The notes below the pieces were generated by a model. The model worked only from the letters and a program-made list of their open reading frames with translations. It did not search any database and was not told where the DNA came from. This document shows, one piece after another, positions 42,701-55,379 of a stretch of DNA of 64,000 nucleotides. Where the stretch lies: assembly GCA_951406725.2 (NCBI GenBank), contig OX597820.1, positions 86,428,001 through 86,492,000 of the forward strand, read 5' to 3'. The position numbers and the translations under genes were made by a program. The number at the start of each line of letters is the position of its first letter. Position 1 is the first letter of the stretch. This DNA is from Octopus vulgaris. Taxonomy: Eukaryota.

Positions 42701-42944
42701 TTCATCAGCAAAAGACATTGGGCGAAATAAATGAAAATATCTATACATAGTCTCAGAAAAACATACGCAAAATTCGAGTGCGTATAAATATTCGCAAATA
42801 TATATGCATCTAATTCCTCATACATATACACTCAAAGTTACTCCAAAATGGCTTATTATTGATAAACAACAATACAAATTACACCTCCTAACTCAGAACT
42901 GACTGATGAACACCCCATTCTCATACAGCTTTAGCGAATTATTG

Positions 42945-43370
42945 TTTCGAATTGATGTATCAGGTTAGAAATTTTGAAGAGAAAGAGGGAAAAAGAATCG
43001 TTCGTTAACACCAAACCAGTACTTGATTGACACCTTATTTTACGAACTCGACAGGATGATAGGCAAATGTGACCTCGGTACGGTTTGAACTCGAAACAAA
43101 AAGTGTCGGAACACATACCACAAAGCAGTTGTCCAATCCGCTAACAATTCTGTAACTCCACCGCTCTCTTTTGTTTCTAACTTTTTTTACCTGACTGCAA
43201 ATCTGAGTTGTCTTGGTTAGTTTATGAAATCGATATCAGTACCTGGATTGAGACTTTATTTGATTGACCCTGCTGAGTTGAAAGGCAAAGTTGACTTCAT
43301 CGAGATTTGAACTTGGACTGTTTCATAGTAACGGAACAGATACGTCAAACCACTTTTGCCACACTTCCAA
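42945..43370 (-). mobile_element. Two diverged SINE family A copies
   Basis: ggatgataggcaaatgtgacctcgg...tttgaactc and gaaaggcaaagttgacttc...tttgaactt. Confidence 0.55.
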
Positions 43371-44519
43371 TGCTACTATAGTAGTTACATCACAGCTGTT
43401 GCTGTTACTATTGTTGCTAACACTTGATTGTGATATATTTATTACTTGTAATATTTAGTTAGAGTAAGCATCACCATCATAATCCTGCATCCATTACTAC
43501 CAACTCCACCACCATCATCATCTTCATCACCACCAACACCACCATCACCATCACTACTATTACTACTACTAACTCTACCTCCATTAGAGCAGGTGCAGCT
43601 GCTGCTGCTGCTGCTGCTACAGCTGCAATTACTGTACTACTACCATTAAAAGAGTACAACATGAATAACAACAACCATATGTTTTACGGTAATCCGTGGT
43701 GACAGATTGAAAGATGGTGGATTACGTTGATTCACTCGTGGGTGGATGTTTGGAAAGATGGCGGAGTAAAGACAGGGATGATGATGATGACGGCGACGAC
43801 AACGAGAACGGTAGCGATGACGACGACAGCGACGAGCCGATGACGACGGTGAAAATTAGTAATTAATAACAAAAAAATAACTGTTTGTATGATAAAAAAT
43901 ATACTATACTTGTGTTATTCGAGGCAATATCAATTTGTAGTAGTTACGTCACAAGGCCTATTCAAGCATGTATACACACATGCGTATATATATATACATC
44001 ACAATGCCTTCATAAGCATATACATACACATATATACATATAATTTTTGATTTATTGCAGTGATTATAGAGACACATGGAGACGATATTAATTGCCTTGC
44101 TATCAATCTTGTGTAGCAGGGCTATACAAACCAGAAAAGACAGCCAATTAAGATATCACTACTGCAAGATATGGATAGAAATGTAAAGACATGAATGACA
44201 TTACAGAGGTAAGGCCTGCGGTAGAAAGACGGGTAGAGATAGACATACATATGTGCCTAAAAGAAAACCTACAGAAGCCCCAACACAATCATATTCACGC
44301 TTGAGATCACACATAAGCACGCTGATTACGACATACATATACATACAAAAACGTACACTAACACACGCCCGGACGTCGTGATGTACTTATACATATCTAT
44401 GTAAATGCGTATGTGTGTATGCATGTATATATATATATATATATGCATACAAAAATATTCATATATATGTGTAGATATTCACATAAATATTCATATATAT
44501 ATATATATGTGTGTGTTGA

Positions 44520-46015
44520 TATTCAGTTTTTAGATATACTCCTAAAATCTTTGTGCCCTTTAATACCCAGTTATGTACGAGATGGCATAGGTTTCATCCA
44601 ACATACCCCCCCCCCCACTGTCGCAGAAGGTACTATACTTACAAGTTTTGAAATCACCAATCTCTATACTAATACACCTCACACTTTAGGCCTAGAAGCA
44701 ATCAAATACTGGCTAAAGAAACATAGGGGACGGATAGAGGAATGCTTCAAGACTGACCTCATCACTAAGTCAGTACTAGAAGAAAATACCTTTAGATTCG
44801 ACTATAAAACATATGAACAGAAAAAAGGGCACGGATATGGGTACGCGGTTTGCGCCCTCGTATGCAAGCTTAGTTATGGGATACTTGGAAGAAAAACTTT
44901 ATGAAGAAGTAGAAAAAAATCTTTTGATCAGGAGTACAAGAAATATGTCATCAAAAAGCTTCCTTGATGATTGCTTCATCTTCTGGGACAGATCGAATGA
45001 AGATCTAATTATATTTAACAATATACTGAACATACTTCACCCATCCATCAAATTCACGACAGAATCCAGTTGCAATGAATTACCATTCCTGGATATCCAC
45101 ATAAAAATACAGAAGTCCACAATCACAATAGACATATTTTACAAAAAAAAAAAAACTGATTCACACCAATATTTAAATTTCTACTCTTGCCATCAATCAC
45201 ACATCAAAAGAAACATCCCATACTGCATGGCAAGACGCATCTGGGCTATACTGACTGACTTCAAAATACGTGAAATCCGTCTCAATGAACTCAAAGGCTT
45301 CCTCACAATGCAGAAATGCCCCTTAGGATTAATTAATGAGGGAATTAAAAAAGCGATGAAACTGAACATCACCCAACTACGAACACCTAAGGAAAAAGTT
45401 AATGAAAACACGATTCCATTCGTTAACACACAGTCCTGGAATAACCAACATCTTTCACGCCATAAAATCGAACTTGCCTAAACTCATATAAAGCCCCAAA
45501 AGGAAAAATCTGATTGATAAAAAAAACACCTTACGGAATAGCAGATGCTAACCAAAAAATCTTCAAAAACACCTTACAAGGGCAGAATTCAAATCAGAGA
45601 ATGAATCAGAATTCTTAGTAAAACAATGTGGAGATAGGAGATGTTGAACATGCAGCAATATCAACAACTTCAAATACTTGGAAAGTGGTTCCCACATAAA
45701 ATTCAGGAGCGGATCCCTTTTCAAAATAAATGCTGATATGAAATGCAAAACGCAAAACCTCCCATATTGCGTTACTACAAAGAGAATTACATTGGCGAAA
45801 CAAATAATTCCTTTTGCCAACGTGCAATAATCTACAAGCAACATAACCGACATGGGGAATTACGCAAGATTCCATTAAGTAAGCAACTGGAAATATGCAA
45901 CAACAGAAAATTCAATATTTTTCCCTTTTACAAACGTGCACAGGACAATCCGCGATACCGAAAAGCAGAGGAACTACATTTCATCAAAGAATTCTCTCCA
46001 AAATTGAATGTTTGA
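44520..46015 (+). pseudogene. PLE pol (RT + GIY-YIG endonuclease), frameshifted and 5'-truncated
   Basis: SFEITNLYTNTP, GTDMGTRFAPSYASLVMG, FLDDCF, LPFLDI, then YIGETN...AEELHFIKEFSPKLN; spread over several frames. Confidence 0.9.
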
Positions 46016-46426
46016 AAGAAAAGCAGAGACAGTACATTTTGTATTCTAAATATAACTCAAATATCGGAAACATAATGCTCATCTCTGTAAATATTCAGGT
46101 GTATATGTGTGGCATTGAGATGTTCGCGATCTTCTGAGCTTTGCGTGTTTTTCTAGTTTGTAAGTGTTATACAAATGTTCTCTAATGCAAAAATATGAAA
46201 TTGAAAGAGGCGTGATCGAAGTTACACAGTATAAAACATGGACATATTCCCACTTAACCCCACACTCATACACATACGCACACGCGCACACACACAATTC
46301 ATCAAGGGATTCTTTCCAAAATTGAATGCTTGAAGGTAAAGCAGAGAATTTGCATTTTTTATTCCAAATATGGCCGATCTCTACAAATGTTCAGCATTGT
46401 GTAGCATTGGGATATTCTACCTTTAC

Positions 46427-46523
<97 letters not shown>

Positions 46524-46727
46524 CATATATATATACATATACATATATATATACATATATATATATATACATATACATATATATATACATATATATATAT
46601 ATAATTTATTTATTTATTTATTTATTTTTAAAAATTCTTCATTTGCAAATGTTATACTAATGTTTTTTCATGCAGAACTACATTTCATCAAAAAATCCTC
46701 CCCCCAAAATTCTCCGCTATATATAAA

Positions 46728-47676
46728 TATGTAGAAAAATACAAACTGGGACAAGAACGTAAAGCATTTAGAAGACGATACAAAAAACACGGACGGGACA
46801 TTCGAAGCCTTCAATCTTCATTCAAGAACCGGATCATCGTACCAATTTCGGCTAGCGGCGTCCGTACCCTCGTTGGCCTTATATAAGTACATATTCCTCT
46901 AATATGGTACGACTCTACACACTGTCTCTCTCTCCTACATTTCTCTGCCTTTCACACTTTGCACTCTACTTTGATCTGTCCCCTTCTCTCTCCCTCTCTC
47001 TCTCTCTCTACTTCTCCTTTTCTCTTTTCTTGCCTCTGATTCTTTGGTCTACTCTTCCCCCCACTCTCTTACAATTCTGTCTTTCTCACTTTGCACTCAC
47101 TAGCCAATCCTTGGCACGCACTCTTTCTTCTCCCCTCTTTTATTCCTTCTTTCTCTCTCTTCTCTCCTTCTTTTGTTGCCTTCGTCCCTCTTTCTCTCTC
47201 TCTCTTTGTTTCCTTTGCCCCCTTTCTTATCTCTCTCTTCATCGCGTGACCGCTGGTCAAAATCAGCCTTTTGGCCTCCGACCACTGCCGTGAGAACATC
47301 GTGTCTTCGTCTGCCGATAAAGGCATTATTTCCAAATACGCCAGCTAAACTTGTTATACTGTTTATTAGTCGTAAGACACCCTCTGTTTTTGTCCTGTTT
47401 TTACCATTATTGTTTTTTGTATTTTATATTCGTGTGGCATCGTCCGTTTTTCTGTCCCTGTTTCGTATACATTCGATCCTTCTTCCAAGAAATCTAATGC
47501 TCGTAGCTTAGTTTTTCCTTGGGGCTGGCCGGATCGGAGCGATCTCAAGATTAATCAGCCGAAATTGCTACGATGATCCGGTTCTTGACTGAAAATTGAA
47601 GGCTTCGAATGTCCCGTCCGCGTTTTTTGTATCGTCTTCTAAATGTTTTACGTTCTTGTCCCAGTTTGTATTTTTC

Positions 47677-47682
<6 letters not shown>
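46728..47682 (+). mobile_element. Non-coding PLE-type element bounded by ~125-bp inverted repeats, flanked by TA repeats
   Basis: 46728-46853 is the reverse complement of 47557-47682 with few mismatches. Confidence 0.8.
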
Positions 47683-47746
<64 letters not shown>

Positions 47747-47834
47747 CATACATACATACATACATACATACATACATACAAATATATATGTACATATTTA
47801 TATATATATGTATGTATATATATTCTCTCAATCT

Positions 47835-47879
47835 AAACTGTCCGACGAACGGGAACGTGAAACTCTGAGTAGCAGGTTT
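47835..47879 (+). ncRNA. Type I hammerhead motif with core CCGACGA (U4C)
   Basis: CUGU-CCGACGA-ACG(GGAA)CGU-GAAA-CUCUGAG-UA-GCAG; all three stems pair. Confidence 0.7.
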
Positions 47880-48209
47880 TTGCGATATGATGTGGATTCA
47901 TTTGTTCGACCTACTGAATTACCCACACCTGAGTTAGCATGTAGGTGACTGAGCATTCTACAAACACACTAACTCTAAGGCCGAATCCGTGTGACATAGT
48001 CAATGAAAAAGGAGTACCTCTTGAATTGCATCTACGATCTACCTTGCGGACTTCTAAGCAGTTTTTGTCTACGCAATTTCACTCACAAGTTATAAGTCAA
48101 TCTGAGATTATAGACATGCATCTACTCTGTACCACCGAGATAGAACCCCGAAGTACCGGGCTCTAGCTCAGTAGAATTCCCGGGACTTTGTAGTTGTGAA
48201 GCGAACATC

Positions 48210-48392
48210 TTAAGGTTATCAAAAACCTCCACTGTAAGTTGATGGCGGAGCTCGGATTATGAGGTCGAAAAGAACTCTATGCATCTAAACCATACCCGCT
48301 TCACTCTGAATGACCATAAGCCTGACTTTTCCATCAAAACTTATATTAGGCTTATTTGCCCTGCTAATACAGACTTGGGTTACATCGGTTAA
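48210..48392 (+). mobile_element. Naiad-like PLE RT motif 1-2 fragment
   Basis: FTLNDHKPDFSIKTYIRLICPANTDLGYIG resembles TLKDHK.NF....RLINP.K.ELG.IS. Confidence 0.65.
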
Positions 48393-49598
48393 TGCGACCA
48401 TTCAGCCACACTGCGTTTACCAACAAGTTTACACTATGTCACAACTACGAGCTGATCAAGAAACCATTGCGTAGTTGCTTGTTTGAAATAATGATTATAT
48501 CACCCTCCGCCATACTTTAATGAATTAAATAAATTCAGGTAGTTTAGTCTCAGTTATAGTTATATATTCTTCAATTGAATGTAAGACTTCATCAACTCTC
48601 ACATCGAATTCAGTAATGATTTTGATGTTTTCATAAGGTGTCAATTTCCTCGATTTTTACCACTCTAAGAGATAAAATTTTTGAGCTCCCACGTTAGAAT
48701 ATTGAAACTACGATGTATTTGGGGCAAAACTTCCATGACTGAGTCAAACGAAGCCAGTGATTAATTGTTTGTTATGTAGCCCTTAATTAGCCTAGATTGA
48801 ACAATTATTACCGACGGGTGTGGAATTAAAAGACTTAATTAATAACCGAAGTGATTTGAACTTGGATAGTAAAGAAACAGAATTGACAACTTTGGTTTGG
48901 CAATTAGTCTGAAATTCCAGCGTTTCTGCCAACTTTTTCACGTTGCTTACTTTGTTTCTATATTTATTTTTATTCTTGTTTCTTTTATATCTTTGCTTTG
49001 TTTTTTGCATTTTTTTGCTGTTTTAGTATTCCTTTCCTTCTTTTAACTGACCAATTATACTTACAAGTAAGTCACATCAGGACTGGCTTTATAATTGCTC
49101 GCCGCCAATAATAACTATAAAATACGACAGCAGCAACAACAAAAACAGCAGAGAAATGAATCGCCATTGGAATAATTGGCAGACGAATGAGAAAAAAATA
49201 AGATAACAAAATAATGTAAATACATTGACAAGAAACAAAAAAAAATCTAACAATTCTTTATTAATTCGATTTAAAATCAATAGAACTAGTGGTCTTCCGC
49301 GATCAAAGATTTTTTTTTTTTCGCCGGCTTTGAAGTGTAACTAAATTGAGTTATGGTGCGGTAGACGTAGTAATATAGCAGTAATAATGTCGGTAATATC
49401 TTATCTCCATTAATATACCATATACACTATTTATACACTACATATACACATACACACAAGCGCGCGCAATCACACATATTCACACACAAATATGAAATAT
49501 ATATAAATATGTATAAATGTGTGAATATTTGTATGCATGTATATACAGACATATAGAGATATATACTCATACACAAATACATATACATGCATATATGT

Positions 49599-49657
<59 letters not shown>

Positions 49658-49814
49658 AGAGAGATAGATATGGGTATGTAAATGTATATAAACATTAAAA
49701 AAACAAACCTACTTTCATCGTCATGTATATACAGACAGGAAATTCAAGGTAGATATACATATTTCATGCGGATATATATACTTGCATACATAGTTATATG
49801 TATTTATATATAGA

Positions 49815-50095
49815 TATTCTTCTATTCTTTTAGTTGTTTCTGTGATTTGACTGCAGTCATGCAGGAGCACCACCTTTAGTCGAACAAATCGACACCAGGA
49901 CATACTTTTTAAGCCTAGTACTTATTCTATCGGACTCTATTGCCGAACCGTCAAGTTTCGGTGGCGTAAACACCAACTTTTGTTGTCAAGCGGACAAACA
50001 CAAACACACATATACAGACATGCATACATACATGGCGGTGCCCCAGCATGGCCACATCTTGTGAACTGAAACTAAATGAAATGAAAAAAATTAAA

Positions 50096-50176
<81 letters not shown>

Positions 50177-50330
50177 CACGACGGACTTCTTTCAGTTTCC
50201 GTCTATAAAATCCATTCAGAAGGCTTGGGTCGGCTCATACCTATAGTAGAAGATACTTGCCCAAGTTGACTGAACTCGGAACCATGTGGTTGGGAAGCAA
50301 GCGTCTTACTAAACAGCAACTCCTGCGCCT
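49815..50330 (-). mobile_element. SINE family B with internal microsatellite
   Basis: Head ggcgcaggagttgctg at ~50329; tail matches 54670-54870. Confidence 0.75.
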
Positions 50331-50440
50331 ATATATACATATAGACACAGACATACATATATACATATATGTACATATAGTATATAAATATGTATATGCA
50401 TGTATATATATATAATATATATGATATATATATATATACT

Positions 50441-50478
<38 letters not shown>

Positions 50479-50499
50479 GATATATATAATATATACACA

Positions 50500-50565
<66 letters not shown>

Positions 50566-50994
50566 GCTATCAGTACAGGTATAGTTATATCAGTGTGTGT
50601 GTGAGTTTATATATATATCACATACAAATACAGACTGATATTTCACATTCAGCATAATTAAACACATATAAACATATATACATATACATTTAGAGGTATA
50701 GGTATTAAAGTATGTATTTCTATGTCCGTACAAAGAAACATGTGTGCGTATATATGTATGTATATATCTTTATATTGAGAGATTGATTCATAGATACTAA
50801 TTCGTGTATATATAATAAATATAGTAAAGCGTATGAAATATATGAGAGTAGATATTATGTAGTTGCCTATGGCAATTCGAAAGCATGAATATATATATAC
50901 TTGCACATAGGTACGCACATACAAACACATATAACAGCGCGTGTATGCTTAACTGTAGATTTGTGTGGGGTGTGCGTACCTATATGTATATATA

Positions 50995-51033
<39 letters not shown>

Positions 51034-51142
51034 ATCACGTGACCGACCAGGCTTTCAGATGTTGCTACACATCGCTGGCCACAATGCGCTTCTCATTGAT
51101 TTAGCCTTCAAATGACGCCACCCCGCTGGCTAAGCGAGCAGG

Positions 51143-51190
<48 letters not shown>

Positions 51191-51230
51191 CATATATAAA
51201 CACACACACGCACACACATGTATATATATA

Positions 51231-51459
51231 GGCGGCGAGCTGGTAGAAACGTTAGCACGCCGGGCGAAATTCGTACCCGTATTTCGTCTGTCGTTACGTT
51301 CCGAGTTCAAATTCCGCCGAGGTCGACTTTGCCTTTCATCCTTTCGGGGTCGATAAATTAAGTACCAGTTACGCATTGGGGTCGATGTAGTCGACTTAAT
51401 CCCTTTGTCTGTCCTTGTTTGTCCCCTCTGTGTTTAGCCCCTTGTGGGTAGTAAAGAAT
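51231..51459 (+). mobile_element. SINE family A with an alternative 3' tail
   Basis: Standard head and body, then ...tgtttgtcccctctgtgtttagccccttgtgggtagtaaagaa instead of the usual tail. Confidence 0.9.
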
Positions 51460-51576
51460 ATATATATATATATATATATATATACCTACACACATTTCTA
51501 TAAATATTTGTGGTCATTTATCAATGTATGCTGCAAACATATACACATATGTATGTATATATGTATGTATCTATGT

Positions 51577-51946
51577 CAGGTCACTTTCGAGTACTACTGG
51601 TAACATGTAGCCCAGTACAAACTGTCGCATGGTCGGGTCGTCGGCGACTAAACCGGCAACCCCACCAAGCTTGCTTGGTGAGGAGGAGGATTATTGAACA
51701 CCCTGCGGGATGAAAAACAAAACCTGTCAAAGGGCGGAGGATATCTTTAGTTCCAATAAATGTCTTAAGGCTGTATCATGCGCAGGGACATGGAAATAAT
51801 CGGACTGAATACCCGATCGTGCGCTTAAATCATTGGAAGTGAAGGATTCCTAGCCTTTGTTAGGGCATCCTTCTAGGAGAAGGTAACTCAGGTAACTGGG
51901 ATAACTCCGACATTAAAACTGCGGCTCAGTGGTTACCGATGATGTT
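51577..51946 (+). mobile_element. Structured GC-richer non-coding insertion, probably derived from an RTE 5' UTR
   Basis: Several hairpins, RTE-UTR-like gaaaaacaaaacctg...agggcatccttctaggagaagg, and a short (GAT)n end. Confidence 0.4.
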
Positions 51947-52037
51947 GACTTGTTCTTCTTTTCGGATTATGGCTGTGGAGAGTAACAGACTGAGAGGAAC
52001 ATACGTACACAAACACACATACACACGTACGCACACA

Positions 52038-52102
<65 letters not shown>

Positions 52103-52927
52103 TATAATAACTGCCAAAATTAATTTCTGTGTGTCAGTGTGTTACACTTTGACCCAGTCTCTCGCTATTCAATGACACTTCTATTCCTCTTGCTGGGGTG
52201 AGAGTAATAGTAGGCATAGAGACGGTGAGGATGGTAGTAGATTGACAGTTGAGATGATAATGGGGCGATAATAATAGTATGAGCTGTAGTTGAGATACAG
52301 TCGGAGGCGGCGGCGGTAGTGGTGGTGGTGGTGGTGGTAGCTGAAGCGGTCAAGCATGATGGTGCTAATAAGGGATGGGAAAGACAATGGTTATGGTTAT
52401 GGAGGGAAAGACGGTGAAGTCAAAAGTGTTGATGGTGGTGGCGTCAGAAGTCTGAATGGTGTGTGTATGTCAGTTGTGGTGGCGATGGTGCTGGTACAGA
52501 TGATGGTGATAGTTGAAAACAATCTGCAGAAAGAGAGAGAGAAAGAAAGGGGTTAAACAGGAAAAAAAAAACTGTACTGGCCCCCGAATAGGAAGACAAA
52601 AGAATGTTCTTTATCATGAAGCGTTGCAATACGTTCCAAGTCGACATATTATATCATTGCTTTGAGGAAAATTGCTCATTGCTTGTAAAATATTGGTCAA
52701 ATTTAATAAAATTTAATATGTACTCAATGCATGAAGCGTCATTGTTGGGCCCAAGGCCCAATGAAGAGCCCTCCACAGGAACTAGCTTAAAAGCGGCCCG
52801 ATATATGCATATATACGTATATTCATATAAATATAGGTATATAAATATATACATATACATGTGCATATATATGAATATGTGTGTATATATATACGTACAT
52901 ATGTATGTTCATTCATATATATATATA

Positions 52928-52962
<35 letters not shown>

Positions 52963-52967
<5 letters not shown>

Positions 52968-53863
52968 ATAAAAATGGTAAATAATTTTCCTGTGGTTTTT
53001 CATGTAACCAACAATTATTTACCGGTAAATTTCGGTATGTAAATACGACAAATTAATTGTCAGGACCTTTGTAAGGTTCAGTATATAGTAAAGAAAATAA
53101 GATGGCTAGCAGCAGGCTGTTTCGCCTCATACCGAAGGAATTAGAAATGGTAGTCAAAGACTGATTTTTCCATTTTCTATAAGTGGAGATTCCAAAAACG
53201 AAGGCCCTTACGGATCACATACACAAAACCGGAGTGGCAAATATACGAAAGCAATCACTTACCGTTAATAGCGAACACCGTGTTTCTGGATCACAAACAT
53301 AGAAAAAGTAGTTTGAATTCCGTCATCAGCGCTATATTCGATAGCTTTACCAAATGCCACCAGCCCTCACTTCTGACCCAGCGACATCAGCTAGTGGGGG
53401 AAGTGCGCAGATGTTAAAACTAAGTAACGACTGGGAACGTAAATTTTCCCTCCAAAATTCTGCCATGCGCGCCTTCTGGGTAATCGTAATGGAATGAGGA
53501 ATCCACATGGTAATGCAATAAAAATGGTAAATAATTTTCCTGTGGTTTTTCATGTAACCAACAATTATTTACCGGTAAATTTCGGTATGTAAATACGACA
53601 AATTAATTGTCAGGACCTTTGTAAGGTTCAGTATATAGTAAAGAAAATAAGATGGCTAGCAGCAGGCTGTTTCGCCTCATACCGAAGTGATTGCTTTCGT
53701 ATATTTGCCACTCCGGTTTTGTGTATGTGAGCCGTAAGGGCCTTCGTTTTTGGAATCTCCACTTATAGAAAATGGAAAAAACGGTATTTGACTGCCATTT
53801 CTAATTCCTTCGGTATGAGGCGAAACAGCTTGCTGCTAGCCATCTTATTTTCTTTACTATATA
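52963..53863 (-). mobile_element. Non-coding PLE derivative: 550-bp unit, 175-bp direct repeat, ~180-bp inverted segment and hammerhead
   Basis: 52963-53137 = 53513-53687; 53685-53863 is the reverse complement of 53082-53260; flanked by (TA)n. Confidence 0.85.
53268..53335 (-). ncRNA. Type I hammerhead ribozyme
   Basis: AUAGCG-CUGAUGA-CGGA...CAAAC/GUUUG...UCCA-GAAA-CACGGUG-UU-CGCUAU; perfect 6-bp stem I. Confidence 0.8.
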
Positions 53864-54067
53864 TATATGTATATATATTTATGTATGTATGTATGACTGT
53901 ATGTATGTGTGTATATATGTGTGTGTATGTGTGTGTATGTATACATATATGTATATATATGTGTGTATATATATACATCTGTATATATATATATGTATAT
54001 ATACATATACATTTATATATATATATATATACATATGTATATATATAACTGTATATATATACATATG

Positions 54068-54120
<53 letters not shown>

Positions 54121-54239
54121 ACATATATGTATATATATGTATGTATGTACGTATGTATGTATGTATATCGTCAGTAAATCATAAATCCGAAAGAGAAGCA
54201 GTTGATTAATTAGATACAGATAGTTATGTCCGATGTTTG

Positions 54240-54298
54240 GGGCTACCCAGGATTTCACGTCTATAAAGAGCTTTCTTTTACAACGTCTCAACAGATCC
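54240..54298 (-). ncRNA. Type I hammerhead motif with core CUGUUGA (A6U)
   Basis: GGAU-CUGUUGA-G-ACGU...ACGU-GAAA-UCCUGGG-UA-GCCC; stem I partly decayed. Confidence 0.55.
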
Positions 54299-54457
54299 TA
54301 ATTGCCGGTGACCTATAACCTTTCTTCAAAAGCGCTTAGCTTTAGAAACTTTCGTCCGCCCCTAGTTGCTGGTGGCCTATAACCAGTCTCTGAAGCGAAG
54401 GTATAGATACACTACAAACCCTGAGTAATTCCATAGACCGGCCATAACTATTATTAT

Positions 54458-54618
54458 AGGTATAGTTGTTTGGTAAAGAGCTTCCTTCTCAACCACATGG
54501 TTCCGGGTTCAGTCGCACTGCGTGGCGCCTTGGGCAAATGTCTTCTACTACACCCTCGGATCTACCAAAGCTTTGCGAGTGGATTTGGTAAACGGAAACT
54601 GAAAGAAGCCAGTCATGT

Positions 54619-54654
<36 letters not shown>

Positions 54655-54867
54655 TTGTTTCTCCGGGCCATCGCTTAACAACCGATGTTGGTGTGTTTAC
54701 GTACCACTAACTTACCATTTCAGCAAAAGTGCGTGATAGATTAAGTGCTTGATAGATTGAAGCTTACAAAGTATAAGTCCTGGAGTTGATTTCTTCGACT
54801 AAAATCCTTTAAGGCGATGCTTCAGCATGGCCGTAGTCAAATGGCTGAAACAAATAAAAGAATAAAA

Positions 54868-54870
<3 letters not shown>
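54458..54870 (+). mobile_element. SINE family B, full length
   Basis: tRNA-like head (tggtaaagag...gggttcagtcgc), body ggatttggtaaacggaaactgaaagaagcc, tail ...gaaacaaataaaagaataaaagaa. Confidence 0.85.
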
Positions 54871-54928
<58 letters not shown>

Positions 54929-55124
54929 CAACGAATTCTCCCTTTGAGATTGATATACGAGTGTTTATTGAGAATCCATTCACTTCACCTGGTAACGCCT
55001 CATGTGAGTCCTCAGACCAACAAAAGCAATATGGATATAAACACGAGCATGGTTTATCAAGCTAGCACGTGACCTAGCAGAGAAATTACACAATGGTGGT
55101 TTGTGGAGTATCTCTCTTTCTCTC

Positions 55125-55278
55125 TTTGACGGCGGCTATGCTGGAGCACCGCCTTTAGTCGTGCAAATCGACCCCGGGACTTATTCTTTGTAAGCCCAGT
55201 ACTTATTCTATCGGTCTCTGAACTCAGAACCATGTGGTTGGTTAGCAAGCTACTTATCACGCAGCCACTCCTGCGACT
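55125..55278 (-). mobile_element. Internally deleted SINE family B
   Basis: Head (gcaggagtggctgcgtgataagtagc) fused directly to the tail segment. Confidence 0.7.
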
Positions 55279-55379
55279 GTTATTTTTTCTTCTTTTTTTT
55301 TTGTTGATTCCTTTTCTTATTTTTCCATAACTTTTCTTGATGAAGTACCTTTTGAAATTCGAAATTCTGAAGCTGGAAG

